Below, one piece after another: positions 9,645 through 18,952 of a stretch of 64,000 nt of DNA. The position numbers were made by a program, and so were the translations under genes. The first letter of the stretch is position 1. Each line of letters starts with the position of its first letter. Source of the stretch: a virus (lineage: Duplodnaviria; Caudoviricetes); IMG/VR virus record IMGVR_UViG_3300028833_000061, positions 64,001 to 128,000 of that record. One strand, written 5' to 3'. The notes under the pieces are model-generated. The model saw nothing but the letters and a program-made list of their open reading frames with translations. It did not search any database and was not told the DNA's origin.

Positions 9645-10919
9645 CTACTTGCGGAGGCGTGCCATGATCTCTTCCCTGGAGAGAGGCTTCGTCTCTCCGG
9701 GAACCCCGGCAAAGCCAGGAGACGGAGGAAATGCCGTCTGCGGCTGCTGCTTCGGAACGAAGGCAGGAATCGGCGCGGCAGGAATCGGTTGTGCCACGGG
9801 CTGTTCCGCCATCTTCTCCACTGCGACAGTCGCCGCCATCGGAGCGGCCACACCAGGCTTGAACGCGTTGGTGTTCTCTGGCTGCGGAGGAACGTTCACA
9901 GGATATGTGACGGTATTGGCAGGAGTGCTTGCAAGGCTGATGTTGCTTGTTGCGGCAGGAGCTGCCGGAGGATCTGGAACGACCCATCCGTAGTCGTTGA
10001 AAGCCATCTTCAGGAGCGCATATTCGTGATACCCCTTCGGAGAGCGCTGGCGGAGCATGTCCACCAGTTCGTCGACCAGTTCCTGCTCTGTCGGAATGTT
10101 TACGATGGATCCCACGTCGGCCATGTTGTACCGCTGGGCCATCTGATCCTGAGTCAGCTGCGCCCTCCATGGATTGCCGTCTGGACCGGTTGCCACGGAA
10201 AGCTCATAACCGCTGAATCCCTTCTTGTCGGTGCCCCTCTCGCAAACGAGAACCAACCCGTTGTTCGGATCGGTCAGGTCTCCCTTGGAATATTGATACA
10301 TGTAGTTCTGCGCGAGCAGCTCCTGCGGGACGCTGTCGTTGCGCTGGAACATGAGACCGTTCTTGCGATTCATGAGTGACATGAACGCCGACTTTGAAAA
10401 TTCTCCTACCCTGACACCGGATCCAAGATCGTACATGTCGAGCACGTTCGCCAGCATCGCAGGAGCGATTGGAGGCAGAGCTGCCCTGACGAATCCAGGC
10501 GTTCCATACTTGCCCTGGTCCATCGTAAGATATCCCCAGTCATCCTTGTTCTGGTCGATAAAGTTCATCAGGATGCTGAGAGGACATGTCGCGTTGGGTC
10601 CCTCGGTCTTCCTTGAGACCAGCTCGCGGCGCTGCTTGTAATCGCCGCGCCCGGCGAACTTGACGGAGAACATGATAGCCGCAAATTGCGCGATGTGTCC
10701 GTCAGGGGTTATGGATGGAGTATAGGACGTGCGGGTGTCGGGATTCGCAGGATCGAACGCGGGAAGAAGCTTGAAGGTTATCTTCTTGATTCCCTTGTTC
10801 TTGTTCTCCCTCATGTACAGGACGCGAACGCCTTCCTTGTATGTGCGCCTGCGATCCGACTGGGGATTGGTACTCATATTTTCCTGCGCGTATGTCAGTG
10901 ACTCTTCGAATGTTGCCAT
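9645..10919 (-). CDS. Putative gp32-like single-stranded DNA-binding protein
   Basis: Start MATFEES (10919); ITFKLLPA, CPL, DLTDPNNG, Pro/Ala-rich linker and a terminal SREEIMARLRK helix; sits next to the recombinase. Confidence 0.6.
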   Translation of the reverse strand: MATFEESLTYAQENMSTNPQSDRRRTYKEGVRVLYMRENKNKGIKKITFKLLPAFDPANPDTRTSYTPSITPDGHIAQFAAIMFSVKFAGRGDYKQRRELVSRKTEGPNATCPLSILMNFIDQNKDDWGYLTMDQGKYGTPGFVRAALPPIAPAMLANVLDMYDLGSGVRVGEFSKSAFMSLMNRKNGLMFQRNDSVPQELLAQNYMYQYSKGDLTDPNNGLVLVCERGTDKKGFSGYELSVATGPDGNPWRAQLTQDQMAQRYNMADVGSIVNIPTEQELVDELVDMLRQRSPKGYHEYALLKMAFNDYGWVVPDPPAAPAATSNISLASTPANTVTYPVNVPPQPENTNAFKPGVAAPMAATVAVEKMAEQPVAQPIPAAPIPAFVPKQQPQTAFPPSPGFAGVPGETKPLSREEIMARLRK

Positions 10920-10981
10920 TTCTGTTGCTTTCTGTTTTATGTGCTGTTGTTCATTGGTACTCCTTTCAGCTCTAGCTCCAG

Positions 10982-11010
10982 AAAAAACCCGCCGGTTACT
11001 GGCCGACGGG
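10982..11010 (-). terminator. Intrinsic terminator inside the ssb leader
   Basis: Minus strand CCCGTCGG-ccagtaa-CCGGCGGG followed by TTTTTT. Confidence 0.7.
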
Positions 11011-11078
11011 CAAAGGGTCATTATTCCACCTGTTTTTAACTATGACTGTGGCAGAATGTGTCGTCGGTAACGGGACAC

Positions 11079-11107
11079 AGTATAGCACAGCCTTTTATAA
11101 AATTCAA
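11079..11107 (-). promoter_or_regulatory. sigma70-type promoter with extended -10
   Basis: Minus strand TTGAAT-17 nt-TATACT with TGn directly before the -10 box. Confidence 0.7.
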
Positions 11108-11124
11108 TTAGAAAATGTAACTTC

Positions 11125-11451
11125 TTACACGCAGAATTTTCTCGCTCCGGGCTCCTGGATCGTGTACTCGTTCTTGACGTGAGCGATGACGTCGTCAGGA
11201 ATCTGATACATAGCTCGCAGCTCCTCGACGACTCCGTTCAGATCGATCACTGTCTTGGGCTTGTTGTATGCCCATGACGCGATCTTGTTCAACCCGTCTG
11301 TAGACAGCAGCGTATCGTTGTTGCCCATGAACTGTTCGATGGTCTTCCTAGGTTCGACCATCTGGTCCTCGATGCGCTTCTTCTGCTGTCGCAGATCGAT
11401 ATACTTTGTCAGAGCAGCCGCGATCTCAGGAGTGGCCTTGATGCTAGGCAT
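11125..11451 (-). CDS. Hypothetical protein (resembles the coiled-coil tail of YqaJ-type nucleases)
   Basis: 108 aa; YIDLRQQKKRIE..IEQFMG..IASW..ID pattern, no nuclease core. Confidence 0.6.
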   Translation of the reverse strand: MPSIKATPEIAAALTKYIDLRQQKKRIEDQMVEPRKTIEQFMGNNDTLLSTDGLNKIASWAYNKPKTVIDLNGVVEELRAMYQIPDDVIAHVKNEYTIQEPGARKFCV

Positions 11452-11824
11452 TGTCCTGCTCCATCATTTCGTAGACTGACTTCGACTGGCGCGTCTTGGC
11501 TTTTCTGCCGGCTGCCTTGACTTCAGGCTCGGCGGGCTGTGCCTCCTCGACCTGAGCCTTCGGCTTGCGACCACGGCGCTTCTTCGGCTGCTCATCCGCA
11601 GGCGCTTCCGCCTTTGGCTTGCGTCCGCGTCTCTTCTTCGGCTGTTCCTCCACGGGCGTCTCGGCCTTGGGCTTGCGGCCTCTACGCTTTGGAGCGGCAA
11701 GATACTTTGCACCGAGATCCGACAGGTCCTTGCCGACCTGCACGAGGATGTTTCCGACGGCCTGGCGAACATTGTCGTCGGCCAGTTTGACGATTTCGGT
11801 CGTCAGGGTTTCGAGTGTGTCCAT
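11444..11824 (-). CDS. Basic AT-hook-like repeat protein (nucleoid/histone-like)
   Basis: Three PK(K)RRGRKPKA units separated by acidic spacers. Confidence 0.7.
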   Translation of the reverse strand: MDTLETLTTEIVKLADDNVRQAVGNILVQVGKDLSDLGAKYLAAPKRRGRKPKAETPVEEQPKKRRGRKPKAEAPADEQPKKRRGRKPKAQVEEAQPAEPEVKAAGRKAKTRQSKSVYEMMEQDNA

Positions 11825-12457
11825 TTAGTTCTTGTGGGTTGCGGGCGTAACGTAGTACTTCGTTCCGTCCTTCATTGTTATGCTTGTTATGGCTCCACCA
11901 TTTCCAGGCACCCTTGTATAAGACTGCCCTGTCTTGTCTTTTTGCGTCTCGTTCCACCGCTTGACCATTTCTTCGCGTACCTGCATGTTGTACTTGAACT
12001 GGTTGACCATGGTAGGAATACCGTCCTTCACCTCGACGATAGCGGTGGTTGCATACTCATCAGGAGGCTCGCACAACGTAGACGCAATTATGTCATATCT
12101 TGCGCCAGTCTCCTTGTCGATGAAGTTTTCGACCTCGAGACTTCTCCAGGTCGGACGGTTTCTGTCCTCTGCATTCTTCTTCGTGTCGCCAACGAACTCG
12201 GCGTGATCCTTTATTCGCTCGTACTCCTCGCGCATCAACGCAAGAGCGCTGGAGTGGCTTCTGAAGCATCCGATTATAAACGGATGCTGGTCCTTGCCTG
12301 TGACCGTTACGACGTACTTGGAACCGCGGTATCCATTCTCGGATCCAATCATACTGCATTCGTCTTCAGGGTCACCTAGCTTGATCTCGCCGTCCATGGC
12401 CATCATCTGCTGGAATGTCTTTGCGTCATCCAGCAAGGCTTGGACACCGGTGGCCAT
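11825..12457 (-). CDS. Hypothetical protein
   Basis: 210 aa ORF, TAATG coupling. Confidence 0.75.
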   Translation of the reverse strand: MATGVQALLDDAKTFQQMMAMDGEIKLGDPEDECSMIGSENGYRGSKYVVTVTGKDQHPFIIGCFRSHSSALALMREEYERIKDHAEFVGDTKKNAEDRNRPTWRSLEVENFIDKETGARYDIIASTLCEPPDEYATTAIVEVKDGIPTMVNQFKYNMQVREEMVKRWNETQKDKTGQSYTRVPGNGGAITSITMKDGTKYYVTPATHKN

Positions 12458-13233
12458 TATTGCTTGCTGGTAGGATTGGTATCAGCAGAGTTACGGCAGG
12501 TGATCGTCGGATATGAAGGACTCTCGGGCTGCTGCCACCACGGCTTGTCCGGCTGCACAGACCACGGAGGCGGAGGATACGGAAGCTGGTATGGCACCGG
12601 AACGTACTGTGGAGGCGCAGGAGCCTTGGCAGGAGCATACTCCTCGTCGTCCTTCTTGTCAGCCGTAAGCCCGCGGAGCTGCGCAAGCTCGGACTGGATG
12701 CTGTGCAGCCAGCTCCAGCCGACATGCTTGGGCTTCTTGGTCTTGCGGTCGATGAGGTCTCCCTCCTTGACGAACATGGCATCCTTGAACATAGTCTCGA
12801 TGTTCGCGAGCGAGTTGGCCATCTTCGCCAGAGAAAGCGATATGTTCTCGAGGGCGATCTCCGACAATGTCCTTGTCGTTCCGTTCAGAGCATCTGACAC
12901 CATCCTGACGCTTCTGAACGAACGCTCCTCGCACGTGGTCGCTGTAGGATTGGCCTTCGCCTGCACGAGAATAGGCTTGGCCACGTCCTCCATGTAGTCC
13001 TGGAAGCGCCTGGCAAACTTCTTAACCAGGATCTCGTACGCCAGCTTCGGAAGCTTGTCCTTGTACTTGTCGACGAACTTCTTGGCAAGCTCGATAAGCT
13101 TGTCCTTGATGCTTGCGCGCTTGCCGCTCGAACGAATGGCGATATACTTGTACTGCAGCTGCTTGTACTCGTCTGTGTCCTTAAATTCCTGAACCAGTTT
13201 CAACTGTTCCTTGGTCAGTCCCATCTTGGTCAT
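12457..13233 (-). CDS. Hypothetical protein with Pro-rich C-terminus
   Basis: 258 aa ORF. Confidence 0.75.
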   Translation of the reverse strand: MTKMGLTKEQLKLVQEFKDTDEYKQLQYKYIAIRSSGKRASIKDKLIELAKKFVDKYKDKLPKLAYEILVKKFARRFQDYMEDVAKPILVQAKANPTATTCEERSFRSVRMVSDALNGTTRTLSEIALENISLSLAKMANSLANIETMFKDAMFVKEGDLIDRKTKKPKHVGWSWLHSIQSELAQLRGLTADKKDDEEYAPAKAPAPPQYVPVPYQLPYPPPPWSVQPDKPWWQQPESPSYPTITCRNSADTNPTSKQ

Positions 13234-13249
13234 TTTCTGTTTCCTGTAT

Positions 13250-16015
13250 CTAGTGTTTCATTTTCTCTCCCCAACGCGTGTATATATCCGTGTCGGAGTC
13301 AAGTCTGAATGTTCTTCCCGTCTTATATATCGGGATGTCTATCTCTGACATAGCCCAGTGCATCGCTTCCTTGGTAACGTCGATTTCATCGATCGGCACC
13401 TCGAGCATCAATGCATCGTGGATCTGGTTCTGGAGCTTGAATCTAAGCCCAAGCTCCTTTCTTCTGTTAAGCAGTCTCTCGGTTGCTATCTGTATCGTGC
13501 CTGACACAAGCGACTGGATGCTGTAGTTCGCACTTTCGCGTTCGTATGCCGCATTCCGTTCGCCAGGCCTGACAGGCGTCCACTTTCGCATTCCCCAGGC
13601 GTTCTCAATATAGCCTTTCTCGTACACGCTCTGCTTCCACTCCTCAAGAGTGTTCCACGCGACAGGGAACGAGCGTGTCTTCCATGCGTCAAGGACGTTC
13701 TGCATCTCTGCGGTGATTACATCCAACGGCCTCTCGTCTCTTGTCGACGACTTTATTTTTATAGCCAGTGCAGCCGCGCCGATTCCATACATGATCGAAA
13801 AGTTAGTCGTCTTTGCGGCAAGCCTCGGGCCGTTCTTCATCTGTGCGTGGGTCATGCACAGCCCGTGCTCGTTCTTGTATGTAAGGCTCTTCTGGAAGTT
13901 TTCGAACTCTTCGCAGGTATCTGAGCCAAGCTCCGAGGCATATTTGCAGATGTCGTCCATCGTCCATTCCTTGCCGTCTGGATCAAACATATGCAGGTGG
14001 AACGAGTCTACGGCAACCATTGTGTGCATGTCTGTTCCAAGGGTGTGCAAGGCCTTCAACAGATTAGGATCACCGGATAGGTTTCCTAGGACATGCAGTT
14101 CGGCAGTCGAATAATCCGTTTCCATCATGACCCATCCGTCTGGCGGCTTTACAAACGACCGCATCGACGGTGGCGGTGGATCTGGCGCGAAGATCTCGGC
14201 CATTGCGGCGTCGGCCTTCTTGCTAAAGTTCTGGACGTTTGGATCAGACGACGACAGCCTCCCCGTGGCAAGAAGCATTGAATATCTCGTATGGATCCTG
14301 CCATCCGGCCATACATAGCTCTTCAGTCCGCCTTTTCCGTGTTCGTCCGGCATCTGGAACAGATCGCACGGCTTCGACACCCTGCGATATCTCAGAAGCA
14401 GCCCTACTATCGGATGGGCGAATTCAAGCATCGTCAGGGAATCCTTGTCGGTGGACGCCTGCACAGATCCGCTGTCGTCATCCATGGCCATGTTCGCCAT
14501 GGCGTCTGCCCACGACTTCTTGTTCGTAGCCTTTATAGGTGTAAGTCCGCACTTGTCGAACAGCAACGTCCTGATGTGTGCAGAGCTGTTTACGTTGATG
14601 TCAGGCATTCCGAGGTTGGCGCAGGCTGTAGTCAGCTTTCCGAGGGCGTCTGCGCGGATATTCTGATACGCATCGACAAGTTCCTTGAATCTTTCCTCGT
14701 CGAACGGGAGGCCAGTGATCTCCATCTCCATCACCGACAAGGCCGTGGCCATAGTCGTGTGGAACAGCGACGGATACTCGCCTTTCACTCCTCTTGGGTC
14801 TAGCGCGCCTCTCTCCTGCAGCAACGGCAGCTGCTTCTCCATGATTCGATCAAGGACACAGACGTCATACGCACCATACGGCAGCAGTATTTCGTCAGGC
14901 ATGTTTCCATAGCCGTTGCTGTCTACGTCCGCCTTGTGCTCTTTGGCCCACTTGTCCGATGCTATGCAATACCTACCGAAATCGGTATATTTCATGGACA
15001 GGTCGTCGAGACCGAACGGGCCGATGTTCTTCAAGATGAATTCGGCCAGCATCGTATCGTAGAAGATCCGCGGACGTATGTCGATTCCGTACGACAAAAG
15101 CCATTCCGCGTCCGCTATGATGTTGTGGCCTACGATGTCGACGCGCTCGTCTTCCAGCAGCAGCTTCAGCTCGTCGAGCATCTTGTTGTAGCACGAGACG
15201 TGCCTGCCTCCCTCGTGGGTCAGCTGCACGACAACGGCCTTGTCCCTGGCATACGAAAACTGGATCGTCCTGAAATAGCGGTTCGGATCCTGCCAGTTCT
15301 TTCCGCCCCACTCCGAGTCAAGGAACAGAGGAACGTTCTTCTGGTTTTCGAACAGAATTTCGCGGAACGCCTTTATCTCGTCTGCCGACGTGAAGTACAT
15401 TACATCGACTTCCGGCACCTTCCTTGGCGTCCCGTCGAGATAGTTTATCGCCTCCTTCAGGTCGCGATGGAACGCATCGTCATATTCTGGATGCTTCTCG
15501 ACCTGGTCGAGGCTGAACACACCTAGAAGCTTTCTTGTCTTTCCAGCTATTTCCTTGTCTATTAGCTCGCCTCTGGATATGTCGAAATAGCCCTTGGCTC
15601 CGTACATGTTCTCGAAAGGATACGCCCCCAGGCAGATTATGATCTCAGGATCTACTTCCGCTATCTCCTCTTCAAGGAACAGCGAGCACTCCTTCGTCAT
15701 GTCGGCCTTTGGCTTCTCGCCTTTCTTCAGCGAGTACTTGAGCACATTCGTATAATACGTGCATCCTTTCGGGAAGCCTATCAGCCCAAGGTGTTCATAC
15801 AGAAAGTCAGCCTGCGAGTTGTACACGTCGCCGTTAGGAGCCTTCTGCAGGAACACCTTGCCGTGAACGACCTCGTTGTGGGTCGGAGCGGACCCGACGA
15901 TCATGCACCTGGCATGCGCCGGGCCGCGCCCGTTTACCCACATCCTGCTTCCTATCTGGAGCCTGTCTCCTTGGAAGCGGTGTGGTCTGTCGTCAATCTT
16001 TGGAATCTTCGCCAT
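13250..16015 (-). CDS. polA: Family A DNA polymerase with N-terminal UDG-like domain (SPO1 type) and 3'-5' exonuclease
   Basis: Exo LDSE / GHNIIAD / YGAYD; TGRLSSSDPNVQN; motif A DYSTAE, motif B RLAAKTTNFSIMYG, motif C IHDA; N-terminal GRG..MIVGSAP..YYTNVLK..DPEIIICLG. Confidence 0.93.
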   Translation of the reverse strand: MAKIPKIDDRPHRFQGDRLQIGSRMWVNGRGPAHARCMIVGSAPTHNEVVHGKVFLQKAPNGDVYNSQADFLYEHLGLIGFPKGCTYYTNVLKYSLKKGEKPKADMTKECSLFLEEEIAEVDPEIIICLGAYPFENMYGAKGYFDISRGELIDKEIAGKTRKLLGVFSLDQVEKHPEYDDAFHRDLKEAINYLDGTPRKVPEVDVMYFTSADEIKAFREILFENQKNVPLFLDSEWGGKNWQDPNRYFRTIQFSYARDKAVVVQLTHEGGRHVSCYNKMLDELKLLLEDERVDIVGHNIIADAEWLLSYGIDIRPRIFYDTMLAEFILKNIGPFGLDDLSMKYTDFGRYCIASDKWAKEHKADVDSNGYGNMPDEILLPYGAYDVCVLDRIMEKQLPLLQERGALDPRGVKGEYPSLFHTTMATALSVMEMEITGLPFDEERFKELVDAYQNIRADALGKLTTACANLGMPDINVNSSAHIRTLLFDKCGLTPIKATNKKSWADAMANMAMDDDSGSVQASTDKDSLTMLEFAHPIVGLLLRYRRVSKPCDLFQMPDEHGKGGLKSYVWPDGRIHTRYSMLLATGRLSSSDPNVQNFSKKADAAMAEIFAPDPPPPSMRSFVKPPDGWVMMETDYSTAELHVLGNLSGDPNLLKALHTLGTDMHTMVAVDSFHLHMFDPDGKEWTMDDICKYASELGSDTCEEFENFQKSLTYKNEHGLCMTHAQMKNGPRLAAKTTNFSIMYGIGAAALAIKIKSSTRDERPLDVITAEMQNVLDAWKTRSFPVAWNTLEEWKQSVYEKGYIENAWGMRKWTPVRPGERNAAYERESANYSIQSLVSGTIQIATERLLNRRKELGLRFKLQNQIHDALMLEVPIDEIDVTKEAMHWAMSEIDIPIYKTGRTFRLDSDTDIYTRWGEKMKH

Positions 16016-16736
16016 CTGGAAGCTCCGCTTTCACATGGCACGGATTCGTCTCATAATCGTCTGCCCACGGATACGAATCCCAGCCGTACCAGATATCGAT
16101 GTTCGGGCTGAACAGGATGTCGATGTCAGACAGCTTCTCTGCATTCTTGCAAATGCATAGACGAGGCTCGTCCTTCTTCGACTCGTCATAGTCCCATGAG
16201 CCTGGCTGACGAAGGCGATAGTCGATCACGTGATCCCCAACAGTGTCAGGGCCATCCTCTACGACCTGGTGGTCGATCTCGAACACCATATGCGCCTTCT
16301 TCGTATACGGCGTGTCCTTGGTTACCTCGGGCTTGTCCTCAGGATCCATATCCTCGTCCTCGCCATCCCACTCATAGCACTCGGAATAGTCGAATCCGTC
16401 GACATGGACTCCTTCGTCCTCGAGCAGGCTGCAGACTTGCTCCTCCCACATCTTCATGTCCGGGTCGTTCTCGACGTCGCCTGGACGAAGATCCGGCTCC
16501 CAGCAACCGAACTTGTTTGCGATCCTGAGTACGGTAAGATACTGCAGCTTGTCGTAGAACGTGTCTGGACCGTAGTTCCAGTCAGCCCTGTCAAAGTTGA
16601 ATCTGATCTTGCCACGCCTGATGCAGCCGCTAAGTTTGAAATACTCCTTGCGGCTGATCTTGCGCGGCGAAACAGACACTGCGTGCGTCGAGGACGAATT
16701 TGTCTCGAACACGCCTTCTCTTTTCACTTTTGGCAT
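15993..16736 (-). CDS. FETNSSS-motif protein 1
   Basis: N-terminal REGVFETNSSSTHA; FYDKLQYL; IDHQ. Confidence 0.85.
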   Translation of the reverse strand: MPKVKREGVFETNSSSTHAVSVSPRKISRKEYFKLSGCIRRGKIRFNFDRADWNYGPDTFYDKLQYLTVLRIANKFGCWEPDLRPGDVENDPDMKMWEEQVCSLLEDEGVHVDGFDYSECYEWDGEDEDMDPEDKPEVTKDTPYTKKAHMVFEIDHQVVEDGPDTVGDHVIDYRLRQPGSWDYDESKKDEPRLCICKNAEKLSDIDILFSPNIDIWYGWDSYPWADDYETNPCHVKAELPDGEDSKD

Positions 16737-16746
16737 TGTTTTTCTC

Positions 16747-17334
16747 CTATTGCGGTAAAACCGAAATCACGACATTAGGATTGTCGAGAAGATCGTACGC
16801 CGACAGCCGTTCCGTCATGTCGTCGAACGGAACACCGATATCGAAGTCCACTGACAGATACAGCTTCTTGTTCTTGCGGTTGAACGCGCTGGCTGCGTCT
16901 ATGTGAGCCCACTTGTACAGAGGGCCGGACGGCTCTTTGAATATCTTTGTCCAGCCCTTCTCGCTTTTCAAGTCGCGATCGAGCTTGCCGGCTCTCGACA
17001 GAACGCTGTTTGCGCTGTTCTCGATCATGCGGAATTCGCGCGTACGTTTAAACTCGTCTATATAATCCGTGACGTCATCATCGTACTTCTCCTGCTTGTA
17101 CATGAACCTGTCCATCGCGGCTTGGATGAGATACGCGACCTTTTCTCCGAATCCGGTGATCTTCGTCTCCTTGTTCAATATGACGACAGGCTTGACCTTG
17201 AGAACGTTGTTCTTGATCTTGATGTCTCTGAAGTAGTCGTCTGGCCACTGCTTCCTCGGATGATAGCCCTTGATGGAAAGGCTGTGCATCGACGACGAAT
17301 TCGTTTCAAAGACGTTGTGGCGTTCTACTTTCAT
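16747..17334 (-). CDS. FETNSSS-motif protein 2
   Basis: RHNVFETNSSSMHS; FGEKVAYL. Confidence 0.85.
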   Translation of the reverse strand: MKVERHNVFETNSSSMHSLSIKGYHPRKQWPDDYFRDIKIKNNVLKVKPVVILNKETKITGFGEKVAYLIQAAMDRFMYKQEKYDDDVTDYIDEFKRTREFRMIENSANSVLSRAGKLDRDLKSEKGWTKIFKEPSGPLYKWAHIDAASAFNRKNKKLYLSVDFDIGVPFDDMTERLSAYDLLDNPNVVISVLPQ

Positions 17335-17663
17335 TATTCGTATCCGTATGCGCAGAGTATGTGAATCTTATCGCCGTGTTCAGAAGTATACTCGTGCTCA
17401 TCCTGCTCAAGGTCCTCATACCACGCATCCATATTGAACCAGCCTTCGCTGCACAGCGGCCATACGGCCCCGTGCTCGATGTCGTCCTTAAAGTAGTCTG
17501 GAAGCAGCTTTATCGCCTCTTCCTTCGTCTTGATTCCGTGGTCCTTGTGGTACCATAGATTCCTGTCTTCCTTCAGTTTCTTGAAGTCCGCATCCGAAAG
17601 AATCGCTATCGCATGCGTAGACGAGGAGTTTGTTTCAAACACGCCATGCCTAGTTGTTTTCAT
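17334..17663 (-). CDS. FETNSSS-motif protein 3 (short form)
   Basis: RHGVFETNSSSTHA; ends YTSEHGDKIHILCAYGYE. Confidence 0.85.
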   Translation of the reverse strand: MKTTRHGVFETNSSSTHAIAILSDADFKKLKEDRNLWYHKDHGIKTKEEAIKLLPDYFKDDIEHGAVWPLCSEGWFNMDAWYEDLEQDEHEYTSEHGDKIHILCAYGYE

Positions 17664-18285
17664 GTTCTTCTCCGTAGAGTTTGTTGTAGTACGGGAGCTG
17701 CTTCACCCAGTCACAGAAGGTGTGCCACTCAGACAGCTTGTGAGTCTTTCTCGCCTCGTACATGTGATGCAGCACCTGATAGTTGCCCATCCATGTCGCC
17801 TTCTGGTTGTACGAAGATGGCAGCATCTGGACGATGTCTCGCCACATCGACTCCTTAAGGTCTGGAAGGTCCTCCTTCAGACACAGGTCTCGCATGAGGT
17901 TCAGCTCGTCGATCATGTCCCTGAAATAACGATAGCCGTATGACGTGCCGTCCCTGCTGAAGTCGTCGATAGTAAATGGCTTCTTCAACAGCGTGTGCAT
18001 GGTCGAGCAGCTGTTCCTTACTGTGCCTATTTTGTAGGTATCTGCCTCTTTCCACCAATACATCGGTGCTGTGATATCGGCATACACAACGATCATGCGA
18101 GTCAGCTTGCCGTGGTCGTCTCCGGCCTGTGCAAGCTTCATTGCAAGCTCAAGGTCCTTCTTGCCTGGAGTGAAAACTCCGTCTTCGTTTTTCGAATCTG
18201 ACAAGTGCCACGAATTCAACGGGTTGCGCATTGCGCGCAAGGCCTCCTTGAGTCCGTAAACACTCGTGTTTTCAATTTTGATCAT
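17650..18285 (-). CDS. ThyX/Thy1-like phage protein
   Basis: AMRNPLNSW, DHGKLTR, ITAPMYWWKEADTYK, NSCSTMH, LPSSYNQ, RKTHKLSEW; canonical RHR..S.R signature absent. Confidence 0.6.
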   Translation of the reverse strand: MIKIENTSVYGLKEALRAMRNPLNSWHLSDSKNEDGVFTPGKKDLELAMKLAQAGDDHGKLTRMIVVYADITAPMYWWKEADTYKIGTVRNSCSTMHTLLKKPFTIDDFSRDGTSYGYRYFRDMIDELNLMRDLCLKEDLPDLKESMWRDIVQMLPSSYNQKATWMGNYQVLHHMYEARKTHKLSEWHTFCDWVKQLPYYNKLYGEEHENN

Positions 18286-18952
18286 CGCCTGTCAGTACCT
18301 TCGCTACGTTTTCTTCGAATATCTTTCCCCAGTGATCCTCGAACTTGTTGGATTCCGGCAGGAACTTTCCATCATACTCGGACTGTCCGTCAAGCTCGAT
18401 GATGTACGAACGGGGATCTTCCAGGAATCTCTCGATGTTCTCCCGCTCGCGCAGATTGAACTTGTCGAGGAAGTCTGTCCGAATCCAGCAGTTGGTGTGG
18501 ATGAGCTGTATCTGCTCTGGTGGATCCTTGCTGATGCTGTCCTTGGGCTCGTTGTACAGCATCCTGATGTGGCTCGGGATTATACCAGAAACCTCGTAGC
18601 CGTGGCGCGCCATGACGTTCCTGACCGCCAGCTCGATCACAGGAAACATGGAAAACGGATAGTCTCCGAACACCTGCTCGGGCATGTACCAGTTGTCGTA
18701 CCACTTGCCGTACTTGTCCCAGAAGCTGTCCGCTGCCGTGGCAAGCAGCACGCGAACCTTGTCGTAGAACGAATATATCTCGTTCGGCATGTCGAAATCA
18801 TCGATCTCGAAGTTATTATACTTTCTGACATGCGTATACGCCTCCTTGAAGTACATGTCGTTCAGCACGAAGTGCTTGTCACCGTTGTACAGGGCCAGCA
18901 CGTGCGTCGACGACGAATTCGTCTCAAATACGCCTCGTCTAGTTGTTTTCAT
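18272..18952 (-). CDS. FETNSSS-motif protein 4
   Basis: RRGVFETNSSSTHV; FYDKVRVL; FLEDPRSYII. Confidence 0.85.
   Translation of the reverse strand: MKTTRRGVFETNSSSTHVLALYNGDKHFVLNDMYFKEAYTHVRKYNNFEIDDFDMPNEIYSFYDKVRVLLATAADSFWDKYGKWYDNWYMPEQVFGDYPFSMFPVIELAVRNVMARHGYEVSGIIPSHIRMLYNEPKDSISKDPPEQIQLIHTNCWIRTDFLDKFNLRERENIERFLEDPRSYIIELDGQSEYDGKFLPESNKFEDHWGKIFEENVAKVLTGDDQN

Noticed and set aside
8262-10979. GGAGCTAGAG directly after two terminators (8262-8271 and 10970-10979)
   Set aside because: Only two clean copies, and the first can be explained as the SD sequence of the 8257 gene; too little to call an element.
11540-11700. PKKRRGRK as a nuclear localisation signal implying a eukaryotic virus
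   Set aside because: Terminase, PolA, sigma-type promoters, SD sequences and intrinsic terminators all indicate a bacteriophage.
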